Shown: positions 8,121 to 17,919, numbered from the stretch's first letter. The stretch is DNA of 64,000 bases from an uncultured Muribaculum sp. (GCA_910587665.1 CAJUMZ010000012.1:19320-83319), one strand, 5' to 3'. The notes: generated from the sequence alone by a model not told the origin. A program made the numbers and translations.

Positions 8121-10193
8121 ATGTATAAGCTTGATGATCTCAATGCGATGGATGAAAGCCAGTTGAAATCTGTCGCTGAATCTATGAACATTAAGAAAGC
8201 CGACTCTCTGCCAATGGAGGAGCTGGCATATAAAATCCTTGACAAGCAGGCTGAGGATCTTGCCTCGTCGGCGAGTGAAAAAAAACGTCGTGTAAAAGAG
8301 CCAAAGGCGAAAAAAAATGAAGCAGGTCCTGCCGAACAGAATAAAAAGAAAAAGCCTCAACAACCTCAACAGCAAAATTCTGATACAGTAGAGGTCGAGC
8401 CGGTTAAACAGGAACAGCCGCGTGGCGATTCAGTTGATGAAGCTTCAAAGGCTGAGGCTCCGCGCCGTAAACGTGGTCGCCCTTCAAAGCAGCAGAAAGC
8501 GGCAGAAGCCGCTGCGGCCGCTGCAAGGCAGGATGCTGATGCTGCCATGCAGTTGCCCGATGTAGATCAGGCTTTTCCTGAGTTGCCCGTAGCTGATACG
8601 GAAGATGATCATCGCGATCTGTTGACTATGATGGCTCCGTTGCCTGCCATTGAGGCTCATGAAGAGCCCGTTGCCGGATTGCTGCCGGAAAATAATGCTG
8701 AAGATACTCCTGCTGAACAAGCTCCTGCCGCTGAGGATGTCGAGAAGCGGCAAGATGATGTGCAGGGCGAGCGCCGTCGCGATTTCCGACCCGTAAAAGA
8801 CTCGACATTTGGTTCTTTTTTCCGTAGTGACCGTAAGTTTGTACCACGTTCGCAGCGTGAAAAGGAAGAAGCCGCCGCGGCTGCTGCAAAGGCTGCCGCT
8901 ACCGCTCCCATAATTATTCAGGAGCCGGGTCAGGAGGCGCAGCAACCCGCTAATAACAATAACCGCCAGCAGCAAGGTCAAGGCAAGAAAAATAAGAAAA
9001 ACCGCAATAATCAGAATAACAACCAGCCTCAGCAGCCACAGGCTTCGCAGGAGCCGGCTATGCCGCAATATAATTTTGACGGACTGCTTACCGCATCCGG
9101 TGTGCTTGAGGTAATGCCCGACGGTTATGGATTCCTCCGTTCGAGTGACTATAATTACCTTTCGTCACCTGATGACGTGTATGTGACTCAGTCACAGATA
9201 AAGCTTAACGGACTTAAAACCGGTGACGTGGTTGAGGGATATATACGCCCTCCGAAGGAAGGTGAGAAATATTTCCCGCTCAGCGAGGTGCTTATGGTCA
9301 ATGGCAGATCGCCGGAATTTATACGTGACCGTGTGCATTTCGAGCATCTTACCCCGTTGTTTCCCGATGAGAAGTTTGACTTGACGAGCGGTCGCACATG
9401 CAATCTGTCGACACGCGTCGTGGATATGTTCTCTCCGATAGGAAAGGGTCAGCGCGGACTTATCGTAGCTCCTCCCAAGACCGGTAAGACAATCCTTCTT
9501 AAGGATATTGCAAATGCAATTGCGGAAAACCACCCCGATACATATATTATAATACTCCTTATCGACGAGCGCCCTGAGGAGGTGACCGACATGAGCCGCA
9601 GCGTAAACGCCGAGGTTATCGCCTCGACATTTGACGAGCCTGCCGACCGCCATGTGAAGATCGCCAGCATAGTGCTTGAAAAGGCCAAGCGAATGGTGGA
9701 GTGTGGTCATGACGTGGTGATCCTCCTTGATTCGATTACCCGCCTTGCGCGTGCCTATAATACTGTGTCGCCCGCTTCGGGCAAGATACTCTCCGGTGGT
9801 GTCGACGCCAATGCACTGCAGAAGCCGAAACGCTTCTTCGGCGCGGCGCGTAACATCGAAAACGGAGGCTCGCTCACTATTATTGCCACCGCCCTGACGG
9901 AGACCAGCTCGAAGATGGACGAGGTTATCTTCGAGGAGTTCAAGGGCACGGGCAACATGGAGCTGCAGCTTGACCGCAAGCTATCCAACAAGCGTATTTT
10001 CCCCGCTGTCGACATTATGGCGTCAAGCACCCGCCGCGACGATCTGTTGCTCCGTCCGGAGACATTGCAGCGTATGTGGATACTGCGCCGTTATCTCAGC
10101 GACCGCACCTCTATCGAGGCAATGGAATTTATGCGTGACCAGATGGAGAAGACGCGTGACAATGATGAGCTGCTCCGTTCGATGAACGCATAA
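8121..10193 (+). CDS. rho: transcription termination factor Rho with ~275-aa low-complexity N-terminal insertion
   Basis: Rho_N-like start ([21 protein letters not shown]), a CSD-like RNA-binding block ([15 protein letters not shown]), Walker A APPKTGKT and a conserved C-terminal ATPase. At 690 aa it is well above the ~420 aa of a minimal Rho. Confidence 0.97.
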   Translation: MYKLDDLNAMDESQLKSVAESMNIKKADSLPMEELAYKILDKQAEDLASSASEKKRRVKEPKAKKNEAGPAEQNKKKKPQQPQQQNSDTVEVEPVKQEQPRGDSVDEASKAEAPRRKRGRPSKQQKAAEAAAAAARQDADAAMQLPDVDQAFPELPVADTEDDHRDLLTMMAPLPAIEAHEEPVAGLLPENNAEDTPAEQAPAAEDVEKRQDDVQGERRRDFRPVKDSTFGSFFRSDRKFVPRSQREKEEAAAAAAKAAATAPIIIQEPGQEAQQPANNNNRQQQGQGKKNKKNRNNQNNNQPQQPQASQEPAMPQYNFDGLLTASGVLEVMPDGYGFLRSSDYNYLSSPDDVYVTQSQIKLNGLKTGDVVEGYIRPPKEGEKYFPLSEVLMVNGRSPEFIRDRVHFEHLTPLFPDEKFDLTSGRTCNLSTRVVDMFSPIGKGQRGLIVAPPKTGKTILLKDIANAIAENHPDTYIIILLIDERPEEVTDMSRSVNAEVIASTFDEPADRHVKIASIVLEKAKRMVECGHDVVILLDSITRLARAYNTVSPASGKILSGGVDANALQKPKRFFGAARNIENGGSLTIIATALTETSSKMDEVIFEEFKGTGNMELQLDRKLSNKRIFPAVDIMASSTRRDDLLLRPETLQRMWILRRYLSDRTSIEAMEFMRDQMEKTRDNDELLRSMNA

Positions 10194-10213
10194 TCCTCAC
10201 CGAAGCCTGTCCT

Positions 10214-12568
10214 ATGGCTGTGTCGTGTCACAAGTGGGCTCTGTGGCTGATTGGAGCGTGTATGGCTATCTCCTTTTTCGGGTGTAGCTCTACCAAACAT
10301 GTGCCAAAGGGTCAATATCTTGTTGACGATGTGGATATAAAGATAGTTGACAATTCCGAAGTGCAAGAGTCGGAACTTGTCAACTATCTTCGTCAGACAC
10401 CTAACCATAAGGTGCTCGGCTTCATGAAGCTGCAGCTTGCCACCTACAATATGTCGGGTACCGACACTACGAAATGGTTCAACCGGTGGGTGCGCCGTCT
10501 CGGTCAGCCTCCGGTAATTTACGATCCCCAGCTTACCGACGTGTCGGAATTCCAGTTGCGCCAGGCTCTTGTCAACCGGGGATACATGGATGCGAGTGTA
10601 GTTGCCGATACGGTGATCCACGGGAAGGGTAAGAAGATTGACATTACCTATAATATCACTACCGGCAAGCCTCATTTTATCACGACTCTTGACTATAACA
10701 TCCCCGACGATTCCATCCGCTCGTTGATCAATGCCAACAGCGGCGTATTGCAGGTGACGCCGGGCGACCTGCTTGACCGCAACAAACTTGACGAGGAGAG
10801 AGTCAGGATTACCGAGCTGTTGCGCAATAACGGCTATTACGCGTTTAACAAGGAGTATATCACTTTTTCGGCTGACACGGCGGCGGGATCCCGTGAGGTA
10901 AATCTGACGATGAATCTGCGGCGCCCCCATGTGCGCGGTCGTCAGCATGCCTCGCCTGACTCACTGACCCATCGTGTGTATTATCTGCGTGACATATATT
11001 TTGTCACCGATTATAATCCGGGAGAAGATTATGGTTCGTATAAATTCCGGTCATCCGACACGGTGCGCTACCGTGACATAACGATTCTTTACGGCGATGA
11101 CAAGTATCTGCGCCCGAAAGTGCTGTACGATGCCTGCCACATGCAGGCGGGGGAAAAATATCACGCATGGCAGGTCGACCGTACATATGAGTCGCTCGGT
11201 CGGCTTGGCATACTCAAATATGTAAATATTGACATGAGGCAGGTAGGCACGGTCGACGGCAAGACATGGCTTGACGCCTATGTGCTGCTTACCCGTGGCA
11301 AAAAGCAGGGTGTGTCGCTCGAATTGGAGGGGACTAATTCAGAAGGTGATCTCGGCTTTGGAGTGGGGCTTACTTACATGCACCGTAATCTTGCCCACGG
11401 TTCCGAATTGCTTACCGCCAAGCTGCGCACAAGCTATGAGAGCCTTTCGGGTGATTTCAGCGGACTGATCAATAACCGATATATGGAATACGCCGGCGAG
11501 GTCAGCATAACATTCCCTGAATTTGAGGCTCCCTTCCTTTCCTCCAATTTCAAGAAACGTGTGAGGGCGTCTACCGAATTTTCAGTGTCGTTCAATTATC
11601 AGGAGCGTCCGGAATATACGCGTATCATAGCCGGCGCCGGATGGAAGTATCTTTGGGCAAACCGTGGCAATACCCGTCGCCACCGTTTTGACCTCATTGA
11701 TATAAATTATGTGTATCTTCCCAAAAGTACTATTGATTTTATCAATCAGATAGCCCCGTCTAATCCGTTGCTCCGTTATAGCTATGAGGATCACTTTATA
11801 ATGCGTCTGGGATACGGATATTATCACACCAATAAGCGTGTGCCGTCGGCTGCCGCGTTGCGTAAGTCATTGCTCCAGCCTTCGGTTTATACCATACGTG
11901 CCAATATTGAGACTGCCGGCAATCTGCTGTATGCCATTTCGTCGGCTATCGGTCAGCATAAAGACGAGGGCGCCTACAAAGTGTTTGGCATCCAGTATGC
12001 GCAGTATGTAAAGGCTGATGCCGATTATTCCTATACGAAGAATTTTGATTTTCGTAACTCGCTCTCCTTCCACGTCGGTGCGGGTATCGGTGTGCCTTAC
12101 GGCAATTCGTCGATGCTGCCGTTTGAGAAACGTTTCTATGCCGGCGGTGCCAACAGTGTGAGAGGATGGGGTGTACGCACGCTCGGTCCGGGAAGCTATG
12201 ATGCCAAAAATTCAGTGACCGACTTTATAAACCAGTGCGGCGACATCCGCCTTGACATAAATCTTGAATATCGCGCACGCCTTTTCTGGGTTATTGAAGG
12301 CGCGCTATTTATTGACGCGGGCAATATATGGACTATACGCCGCTATGAAAATCAACCGGGCGGCGAATTCAAGTTCAATGAGTTTTACAAGCAGATAGCG
12401 GCGGCTTATGGTGCCGGTATCCGTCTTGATTTCACTTACTTCCTGCTGAGATTTGACCTCGGCATGAAGGCTTATAACCCCGCACGTAATCAGGAGCGTT
12501 TCCCGTTGATACATCCCAAGTGGGGACGCGACGCCACGTTTCATTTTTCCGTAGGTTACCCATTCTAA
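10214..12568 (+). CDS. Omp85/BamA-TamA family outer-membrane protein, TamL-like lipoprotein
   Basis: 784 aa. Signal peptide with a lipobox-like ISFFGC-SS, a POTRA-like N-terminal region and an Omp85 barrel C-terminus ending in aromatic residues (VGYPF). Confidence 0.8.
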   Translation: MAVSCHKWALWLIGACMAISFFGCSSTKHVPKGQYLVDDVDIKIVDNSEVQESELVNYLRQTPNHKVLGFMKLQLATYNMSGTDTTKWFNRWVRRLGQPPVIYDPQLTDVSEFQLRQALVNRGYMDASVVADTVIHGKGKKIDITYNITTGKPHFITTLDYNIPDDSIRSLINANSGVLQVTPGDLLDRNKLDEERVRITELLRNNGYYAFNKEYITFSADTAAGSREVNLTMNLRRPHVRGRQHASPDSLTHRVYYLRDIYFVTDYNPGEDYGSYKFRSSDTVRYRDITILYGDDKYLRPKVLYDACHMQAGEKYHAWQVDRTYESLGRLGILKYVNIDMRQVGTVDGKTWLDAYVLLTRGKKQGVSLELEGTNSEGDLGFGVGLTYMHRNLAHGSELLTAKLRTSYESLSGDFSGLINNRYMEYAGEVSITFPEFEAPFLSSNFKKRVRASTEFSVSFNYQERPEYTRIIAGAGWKYLWANRGNTRRHRFDLIDINYVYLPKSTIDFINQIAPSNPLLRYSYEDHFIMRLGYGYYHTNKRVPSAAALRKSLLQPSVYTIRANIETAGNLLYAISSAIGQHKDEGAYKVFGIQYAQYVKADADYSYTKNFDFRNSLSFHVGAGIGVPYGNSSMLPFEKRFYAGGANSVRGWGVRTLGPGSYDAKNSVTDFINQCGDIRLDINLEYRARLFWVIEGALFIDAGNIWTIRRYENQPGGEFKFNEFYKQIAAAYGAGIRLDFTYFLLRFDLGMKAYNPARNQERFPLIHPKWGRDATFHFSVGYPF

Positions 12569-12586
12569 CTAAAATTGCTTTTTACG

Positions 12587-13237
12587 ATGAAGAAACTTGT
12601 GATTTTTGATCTTGACGGTACATTGCTTAATACAATAGAAGACCTCGGGCGCGCTACCAATTACGCTCTTGAACAGTGTGGCTATCCCGCCCATCCGCTG
12701 TCGACCTATCCGGGAATGGTGGGCAACGGTGTAAGAAAGCTTATCGAGCGCGCACTCCCTTCAGGTCTTGACACCGATGAAGAGGTGGAGCGTATGCGCG
12801 GTCTGTTTAAGGAGTATTATGAAAGCCATTGCACCGAGCATACCGCTCCTTATCCGGGTATACCGCAACTGCTTGAAGAGTTGCGCGCTCATGATATAAA
12901 GGTGGCGGTGGCTTCCAATAAGTATCAGGCGGCTGTTGAGCGTCTTATCGAATATTATTTCCATGACATAGAGTGGGCGGCTGTCGAAGGGCAGAAAGAG
13001 GGCGTGCCGGTGAAGCCGGATCCGTCGATCGTGTTTGAGATACTTTCAAAATCGCCTACCCCGAAGGCTGATGTGCTTTATGTCGGTGACTCCGGTGTCG
13101 ACATGGAGACGGCTCGTCGCGCTTGTGTGGACTCTGTCGGTGTGACATGGGGATTCCGCCCGATGACCGAGCTCAAGGTCTATCATGCCGACAATATCGT
13201 CAACACCGCCGACGCTATCCTCGAGCTTGCTCTTTAG
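12587..13237 (+). CDS. HAD-superfamily hydrolase (phosphoglycolate phosphatase-like)
   Basis: MKKLVIFDLDGTL (DxDGT motif I) plus a GDSGVD motif. I prefer the ATG at 12587 over the TTG at 12575 used by the ORF track. Confidence 0.85.
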   Translation: MKKLVIFDLDGTLLNTIEDLGRATNYALEQCGYPAHPLSTYPGMVGNGVRKLIERALPSGLDTDEEVERMRGLFKEYYESHCTEHTAPYPGIPQLLEELRAHDIKVAVASNKYQAAVERLIEYYFHDIEWAAVEGQKEGVPVKPDPSIVFEILSKSPTPKADVLYVGDSGVDMETARRACVDSVGVTWGFRPMTELKVYHADNIVNTADAILELAL

Positions 13238-13252
13238 GAAACTATATGGGTT

Positions 13253-13429
13253 ATGAGTTGGGGCGGTTTCTTGTTTTTCAATGCCATTTGCGATGCTGTC
13301 AGTAATGTCGCGAAAAACTCAAGGTCGCCACGACGTGGCACTTCCGCCTATAACCGTGCGGTAATAGGGAGTATTGTAGCTATAATACTTTGGATTGCAG
13401 TCATTGCGCTATTTATCGCATCGCTGTGA
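13253..13429 (+). CDS. possible 58-aa small membrane protein (unverified)
   Basis: ATG..TGA ORF below the ORF-track cutoff: MSWGGFLFFNAICDAVSNVAKNSRSPRRGTSAYNRAVIGSIVAIILWIAVIALFIASL, with a C-terminal hydrophobic helix. It starts 15 nt after the HAD stop. I recognise no homolog. Confidence 0.2.
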   Translation: MSWGGFLFFNAICDAVSNVAKNSRSPRRGTSAYNRAVIGSIVAIILWIAVIALFIASL

Positions 13430-13481
13430 TTTTTTGTTGAGAAAAACCTCGGCTGAGAGGCGGCGGTTCGGCAAAAAGTAG

Positions 13482-13489
13482 TAACTTTG
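13482..13489 (+). promoter_or_regulatory. -7 box TAACTTTG for the AAE-family transporter gene
   Basis: Exact TAnnTTTG, 38 nt upstream of the ATG at 13527. Confidence 0.5.
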
Positions 13490-13526
13490 CAATTCAATTT
13501 CTAAGGCAGTTTATAACCTGAAAAGT

Positions 13527-15206
13527 ATGGATTGGATTCAACAATTACTTTCACCGGGCAATATGGCGTTGGCGAGCACCATTTTGCTTTATTCATTTGT
13601 GATCGCCGTCGGAGTTTATCTTGGCAAATTAAGGATTGGAGGGGTTTCCCTTGGAGTCACGTTTGTGCTGTTTGTCGGTCTTTTGATGGGACATTTCGGC
13701 TATAAGGTGAATCCGGAGGTTCTTCATTTTGTGCGTGAGTTCGGACTTATACTGTTTATCTTCTCTATTGGTTTGCAGGTGGGTCCCGGTTTCTTCTCTT
13801 CATTCAAGAAGGGGGGTATGTTGCTCAACGGGCTTGCCGTGCTTATCATCGCGCTTAACGTAGCCATAGTGCTTGCCATATTCTATATAGATGGTAACAC
13901 TACCATAACGGCATTGGTAGGTATAATGTCGGGTGCCGTTACCAATACTCCGGGACTCGGTGCCGCCCAGCAGGCGATACTTCAGGTAAATCCCGATGCC
14001 TACAAGCTATCGGAGGAGATGGCTATGGGATATGCCGCGGCTTATCCTCTCGGTGTGATAGGCATTATATTGTCAATGTTTGTCGTGCGTGCAATTTTCC
14101 GGGTAAAGATGGACAAGGAGATTCTGGAAATAGAGGAGGACACGGCAAACAGTCAGTTGAAACCGCATATAGTCACATTTAAGGTGACAAATGTGCTCAT
14201 CGACGGCAAAAACCTGATGCAGCTTCATGATATCATTTCTTGTAACTTCGTAATCTCGCGACTCAAGGATAAAGACGGCAACGTGATAATACCCAATTCG
14301 CAGACGGTCGTACATCTTGACGACATGCTCTACATTGTGCTTTCCGCTCAGGATGAAGAGCGCTTCAAGGCTGTGATAGGTCCGGAAGTTGACATGGACT
14401 GGGAGGCTACTCCGAGTCCGGTGGTTTCGCGGCGTATTGTGGTTACCAAGAGTGAGTTCAACGGTGTGCCCATCGGTCAGCTCCGCCTGCGCATGGGGTA
14501 TCGCTTGAACGCCACCCGCGTTAACCGTGCAGGTGTCGACCTGCTCGCGTCGCCGGGTCTGCGTCTGCAGGTGGGCGACCGAATGACGGTGGTAGGCAAT
14601 GAAGCCGACATCAAGCGTCTTGCCGAAAAGCTCGGTAATTCCATGAAGCGTCTTAATGAACCTAACATGATTACGCTGTTTGTCGGTATTTTCCTCGGTA
14701 TTGTTGTCGGTTCTATTCCGATTGCATTCCCGGGTGTAAGTGTGCCGATGAAGCTTGGCCTTGCGGGAGGTCCGCTTGTCGTGGCTATCCTGATAAGCCG
14801 TTTCGGATATAAGATAAAGCTTGTCACCTATACTTCGTCGGCATCGTCACTCCTTATGAGGGAGATCGGCATATGCTTGTTCCTTGCGTCGGTAGGTATC
14901 GCGTCGGGAGCCGGATTTGCCGATACGGTATTCAATAACACCGGTATGTGGTGGGTCATCTGGGGATTCATGATCACGTTTATTCCTTTGCTGGTAGTAG
15001 GGTGCATAGCCCGCGGCATATACAAGATAAATCTATTGACAATAATGGGCCTCTTTGGCGGCGGCATGACTGATCCCCCCGCACTTGCCTATGCCAACAA
15101 CAGCACCGGCAATGACGCCCCGGCTGTGGCTTATTCTACAGTCTACCCGCTCACGATGTTTCTACGTGTTGTCGCGGCGCAGGTGCTTGTGCTCTGCCTC
15201 GCATAG
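13527..15206 (+). CDS. YidE/YbjL (aspartate:alanine exchanger, AAE) family transporter with two central TrkA-C-like domains
   Basis: 559 aa. Duplicated multi-TM halves flank a soluble middle section, the typical AAE-family architecture. Confidence 0.85.
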   Translation: MDWIQQLLSPGNMALASTILLYSFVIAVGVYLGKLRIGGVSLGVTFVLFVGLLMGHFGYKVNPEVLHFVREFGLILFIFSIGLQVGPGFFSSFKKGGMLLNGLAVLIIALNVAIVLAIFYIDGNTTITALVGIMSGAVTNTPGLGAAQQAILQVNPDAYKLSEEMAMGYAAAYPLGVIGIILSMFVVRAIFRVKMDKEILEIEEDTANSQLKPHIVTFKVTNVLIDGKNLMQLHDIISCNFVISRLKDKDGNVIIPNSQTVVHLDDMLYIVLSAQDEERFKAVIGPEVDMDWEATPSPVVSRRIVVTKSEFNGVPIGQLRLRMGYRLNATRVNRAGVDLLASPGLRLQVGDRMTVVGNEADIKRLAEKLGNSMKRLNEPNMITLFVGIFLGIVVGSIPIAFPGVSVPMKLGLAGGPLVVAILISRFGYKIKLVTYTSSASSLLMREIGICLFLASVGIASGAGFADTVFNNTGMWWVIWGFMITFIPLLVVGCIARGIYKINLLTIMGLFGGGMTDPPALAYANNSTGNDAPAVAYSTVYPLTMFLRVVAAQVLVLCLA

Positions 15207-15233
15207 CATGTGCAGATATAAGACATTATAAAA

Positions 15234-15273
15234 AATAGGATGCGGCCGATTGTGGGGGCGCATCCTATTTTTA
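15234..15273. terminator. bidirectional terminator between the convergent transporter and trxA genes
   Basis: An 11-bp stem aataggatgcg (15234-15244) pairs with cgcatcctatt (15259-15269). It is flanked by an A-run on one side and a T-run on the other. Confidence 0.75.
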
Positions 15274-15301
15274 TGTAAATAAGTGAATCGTATAATGAGT
15301 T

Positions 15302-15598
15302 TTATGCAAATTCTTTAAGCTTCGCTTCAAGGTCTTCTGCGGAGTGAACGCCTGCGGCTCTCCATTTTACTTCACCGTCTTTGAAAATTATCAGGGTTGG
15401 CACTGACTGCACGCGGTATTGTGCGGAAAGTTCCTGATTTTTATCTACATCTATTTTTACAATAGCCACTTCGTCGCCAAGTTTTGACTTTACCTGCTCG
15501 AGGATCGGGTGCATCATCTTGCACGGGCCACACCATGTGGCATAGAAGTCGACCAATGTCGGCTTGCTATCCTTAATGATATCATTGAAATCACTCAT
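15302..15598 (-). CDS. trxA: thioredoxin
   Basis: WCGPC active site. I prefer the ATG at 15598 (MSDFNDIIK..., 98 aa) over the upstream TTG at 15667. Confidence 0.9.
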   Translation of the reverse strand: MSDFNDIIKDSKPTLVDFYATWCGPCKMMHPILEQVKSKLGDEVAIVKIDVDKNQELSAQYRVQSVPTLIIFKDGEVKWRAAGVHSAEDLEAKLKEFA

Positions 15599-15702
15599 GA
15601 CTTTAAAATTTTTAAGTTTATCTCTATAACGCAGATCGGGCGCAATTGGTTTGCCACGTATTTTCAAAATAAGTAAATTGAGTTTTATTTGCCGTTTTTT
15701 AC

Positions 15703-15980
15703 CACGGCTGACGCATCTTAATTAGGGTTAAATCATGGTCTGGAGAATACTGAGATTTAAAATTTAGGTTTTGATATGTGATTAAACCTTTAGCAAAATT
15801 TGAGTTACTGTCTTCAAAAATCACAATTATCACCCTCTTCATATGTAAGGCGGTTTCTTTCAAACTACCGCAATGACAACTTTGCATACAATATGACATC
15901 CTTTAACAAATAGAATCTCGAATTTGGCGTATATGCTAACAACTGTGGCCGTTTATAAAAATTAAGATGCGTCAGCCGTG
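15703..15980. mobile_element. 278-bp MITE-like non-autonomous element
   Basis: Perfect 21-bp terminal inverted repeats: cacggctgacgcatcttaatt at 15703-15723 and its exact reverse complement at 15960-15980. These are immediately flanked by a perfect 10-bp direct repeat cgttttttac (15693-15702 and 15981-15990). The interior is AT-rich and has no credible gene. Confidence 0.75.
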
Positions 15981-16022
15981 CGTTTTTTACATGTCGGTGT
16001 TGTGAAAAACTCTAATAATATC

Positions 16023-16030
16023 TACCTTTG
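16023..16030 (+). promoter_or_regulatory. -7 box TACCTTTG for dapA
   Basis: Exact TAnnTTTG, 32 nt upstream of the ATG at 16062 and 43 bp to the right of the MITE end. Confidence 0.5.
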
Positions 16031-16061
16031 CGGAAGCAAAAAAGCATATAACGATACCTAT

Positions 16062-16946
16062 ATGGCACGCATAAATTTAAAAGGCATGGGAGTGGCGCTT
16101 GTCACTCCGTTCAAGCAGGATAAGTCGATCGACTTTGATGCACTTGCCCGCTTGTTGGAATATCAGATCAAGAATGGAGTCGATTACATGGTAGTGCTCG
16201 GCACGACTGCCGAGACGGCAACCTTGTCGGTCGACGAGAAGCATGCCGTGCGTGATTTCATCGTCGAGCGTGTGGCCGGCCGTGTGCCCCTTGTGATAGG
16301 AATCGGCGGCAACAATACAATGGCCCTTGTCGAGGAGTTGAGAAGCAGCGACTTGACGCCGTTTCAGGCGGTGCTTTCCGTCGTGCCGTATTACAACAAG
16401 CCTTCGCAGGAGGGTATATATCAGCACTACAAGGCTATCGCCGAGGCGTCGCCCATACCTGTCATCTTATATAATGTGCCGGGGCGTACGGGCGTCAACA
16501 TGACTGCCGAGACCACGCTGCGCCTTGCGTCGGAGTTTGACAACATAATAGGTGTCAAGGAGGCGTCGGGCAACATCTCGCAGATGGATGACATAATTAA
16601 AAACAAGCGCGATGATTTCATGGTGATTTCGGGTGATGACGGCATCACTTTCCCGCTTATAACGCTCGGTGCTGTGGGGGTGATTTCGGTGATCGGCAAC
16701 GCATTCCCGAAGGAGTTTTCGCGCATGGTGCGTCTTGCATTGCAAGGCGACTACGAGCGTGCGCTGACTATCCATCACAGGTTTACCGAGCTGTTCAGCC
16801 TGCTTTTTGTCGACGGAAATCCGGCCGGGGTGAAATGCCTTTTGCATGCGATGGGATTTATCGAGAATGAGCTCAGGCTGCCGTTGGTGCCTACGCGTAT
16901 CACCACTTATGAGAAGATACGCCACGTGCTTGAGGGGCTTAGTTAA
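16062..16946 (+). CDS. dapA: 4-hydroxy-tetrahydrodipicolinate synthase
   Basis: MARINLKGMGVALVTPF..., GTTAE-type block and a DapA-length product (294 aa). The ORF-track GTG start at 15978 lies inside the MITE repeat and upstream of the promoter box, so I rejected it. Confidence 0.95.
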   Translation: MARINLKGMGVALVTPFKQDKSIDFDALARLLEYQIKNGVDYMVVLGTTAETATLSVDEKHAVRDFIVERVAGRVPLVIGIGGNNTMALVEELRSSDLTPFQAVLSVVPYYNKPSQEGIYQHYKAIAEASPIPVILYNVPGRTGVNMTAETTLRLASEFDNIIGVKEASGNISQMDDIIKNKRDDFMVISGDDGITFPLITLGAVGVISVIGNAFPKEFSRMVRLALQGDYERALTIHHRFTELFSLLFVDGNPAGVKCLLHAMGFIENELRLPLVPTRITTYEKIRHVLEGLS

Positions 16947-17286
16947 AATCGGTCTGCCTTTAACATAAATATCTTGCGATTTCATAAAAAGCGGCGGTTT
17001 GGACAAAGTTTTGTCCTGAATGTTTGCAAATATGGAATCTATTGATTATGTTTGCATAAATTAAACTTAATGAAATACATTTTTTTGCACAATTCGCCTC
17101 GTAAACCTACATGAGAACATTAGCTATCATGCGAAATTCCGATCTTATGAAAAAACATTTTTTTGCTGTGAAGGATACAAAATAGCGAAGGCGTCGCCCG
17201 GTGGTGACGCCTCGATTATTAAATAGCGTTAAGTTGTTTGCCGGAAAGAGGCTTTTGGCGTAACTTTACATGAGAAATAAGTAGTT

Positions 17287-17919
17287 ATGGAACAGGAATA
17301 CGCCTCAACCTTACTTGAAAATGCAGTGAATCAGCTGTCGCGCCTGCCCGGAATAGGACGCAAGACGGCATTGCGCCTCGCCCTGCACATCCTTCGCCAG
17401 GATGAACGGATGGGTATTGACCTCGGGGAGTCGATCGTGGCTCTGCGCAAAGGGATACGGTACTGCGTGATGTGTCACAACATCTCGGAGGAGGAGAAGT
17501 GTCCGATCTGTTCCAATCCTCTGCGCGACGGCTCTACCGTGTGTGTGGTCGAGAGCGTGAAAGATGTGCTTAGTGTCGAGAACACGGGGCAGTTTCACGG
17601 GCTTTACCATGTGCTTGGCGGATTGATTTCGCCGATGGATGGCATAGGTCCCTCGCAACTCGAGATCGACTCGCTTGTGAAGAGGGTGGAGGAAGAGAAA
17701 ATTGACGAGGTGATACTTGCCCTTAGTGCCACGATGGAGGGCGAGACTACCAATTTCTATATCTATCGCCGGCTCGGCGCTTTGCCTGTGAAGATAACGC
17801 AGTTGGCGCGCGGTGTGTCGGTGGGCAACGAGATCGAGTATACCGACGAGATTACCCTTGGAAGGTCAATTGTAAACCGTACGCTTTTCAGTGAATCGTT
17901 TAATAAGAATGTGCAATGA
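17287..17919 (+). CDS. recR: recombination protein RecR
   Basis: HhH N-terminus ([15 protein letters not shown]), Cys4 zinc finger [16 protein letters not shown] and a Toprim region. Confidence 0.95.
   Translation: MEQEYASTLLENAVNQLSRLPGIGRKTALRLALHILRQDERMGIDLGESIVALRKGIRYCVMCHNISEEEKCPICSNPLRDGSTVCVVESVKDVLSVENTGQFHGLYHVLGGLISPMDGIGPSQLEIDSLVKRVEEEKIDEVILALSATMEGETTNFYIYRRLGALPVKITQLARGVSVGNEIEYTDEITLGRSIVNRTLFSESFNKNVQ

Noticed and set aside
8043-8375. 110-aa minus-strand ORF spanning the rho start region
   Set aside because: It is antisense to the rho leader and 5' coding region. The translation is repetitive (L/F/R-rich), mirroring the low-complexity rho insert. It has no promoter box.
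10091-10948. 285-aa minus-strand ORF inside the TamL-like gene. Similar long antisense ORFs occur at 7286-7954, 8484-9068, 39165-39782 and 50997-51605.
   Set aside because: All are antisense to strongly supported genes, have no recognisable motifs and have biased composition. I treat them as shadow ORFs.
15699-15899. 66-aa ORF inside the MITE-like element
   Set aside because: It begins and ends within the repeat-bounded AT-rich element and runs into the left inverted repeat. It has no motif, and MITEs are non-coding by definition. It is more likely a chance ORF.
16947-17286. SRP RNA (ffs) upstream of recR, by analogy with the ffs-dnaX-ybaB-recR arrangement in Firmicutes
   Set aside because: No domain-IV-like GGAAGCAGCC / GNAR tetraloop helix is present, and the region is AT-rich with only one short GC hairpin.
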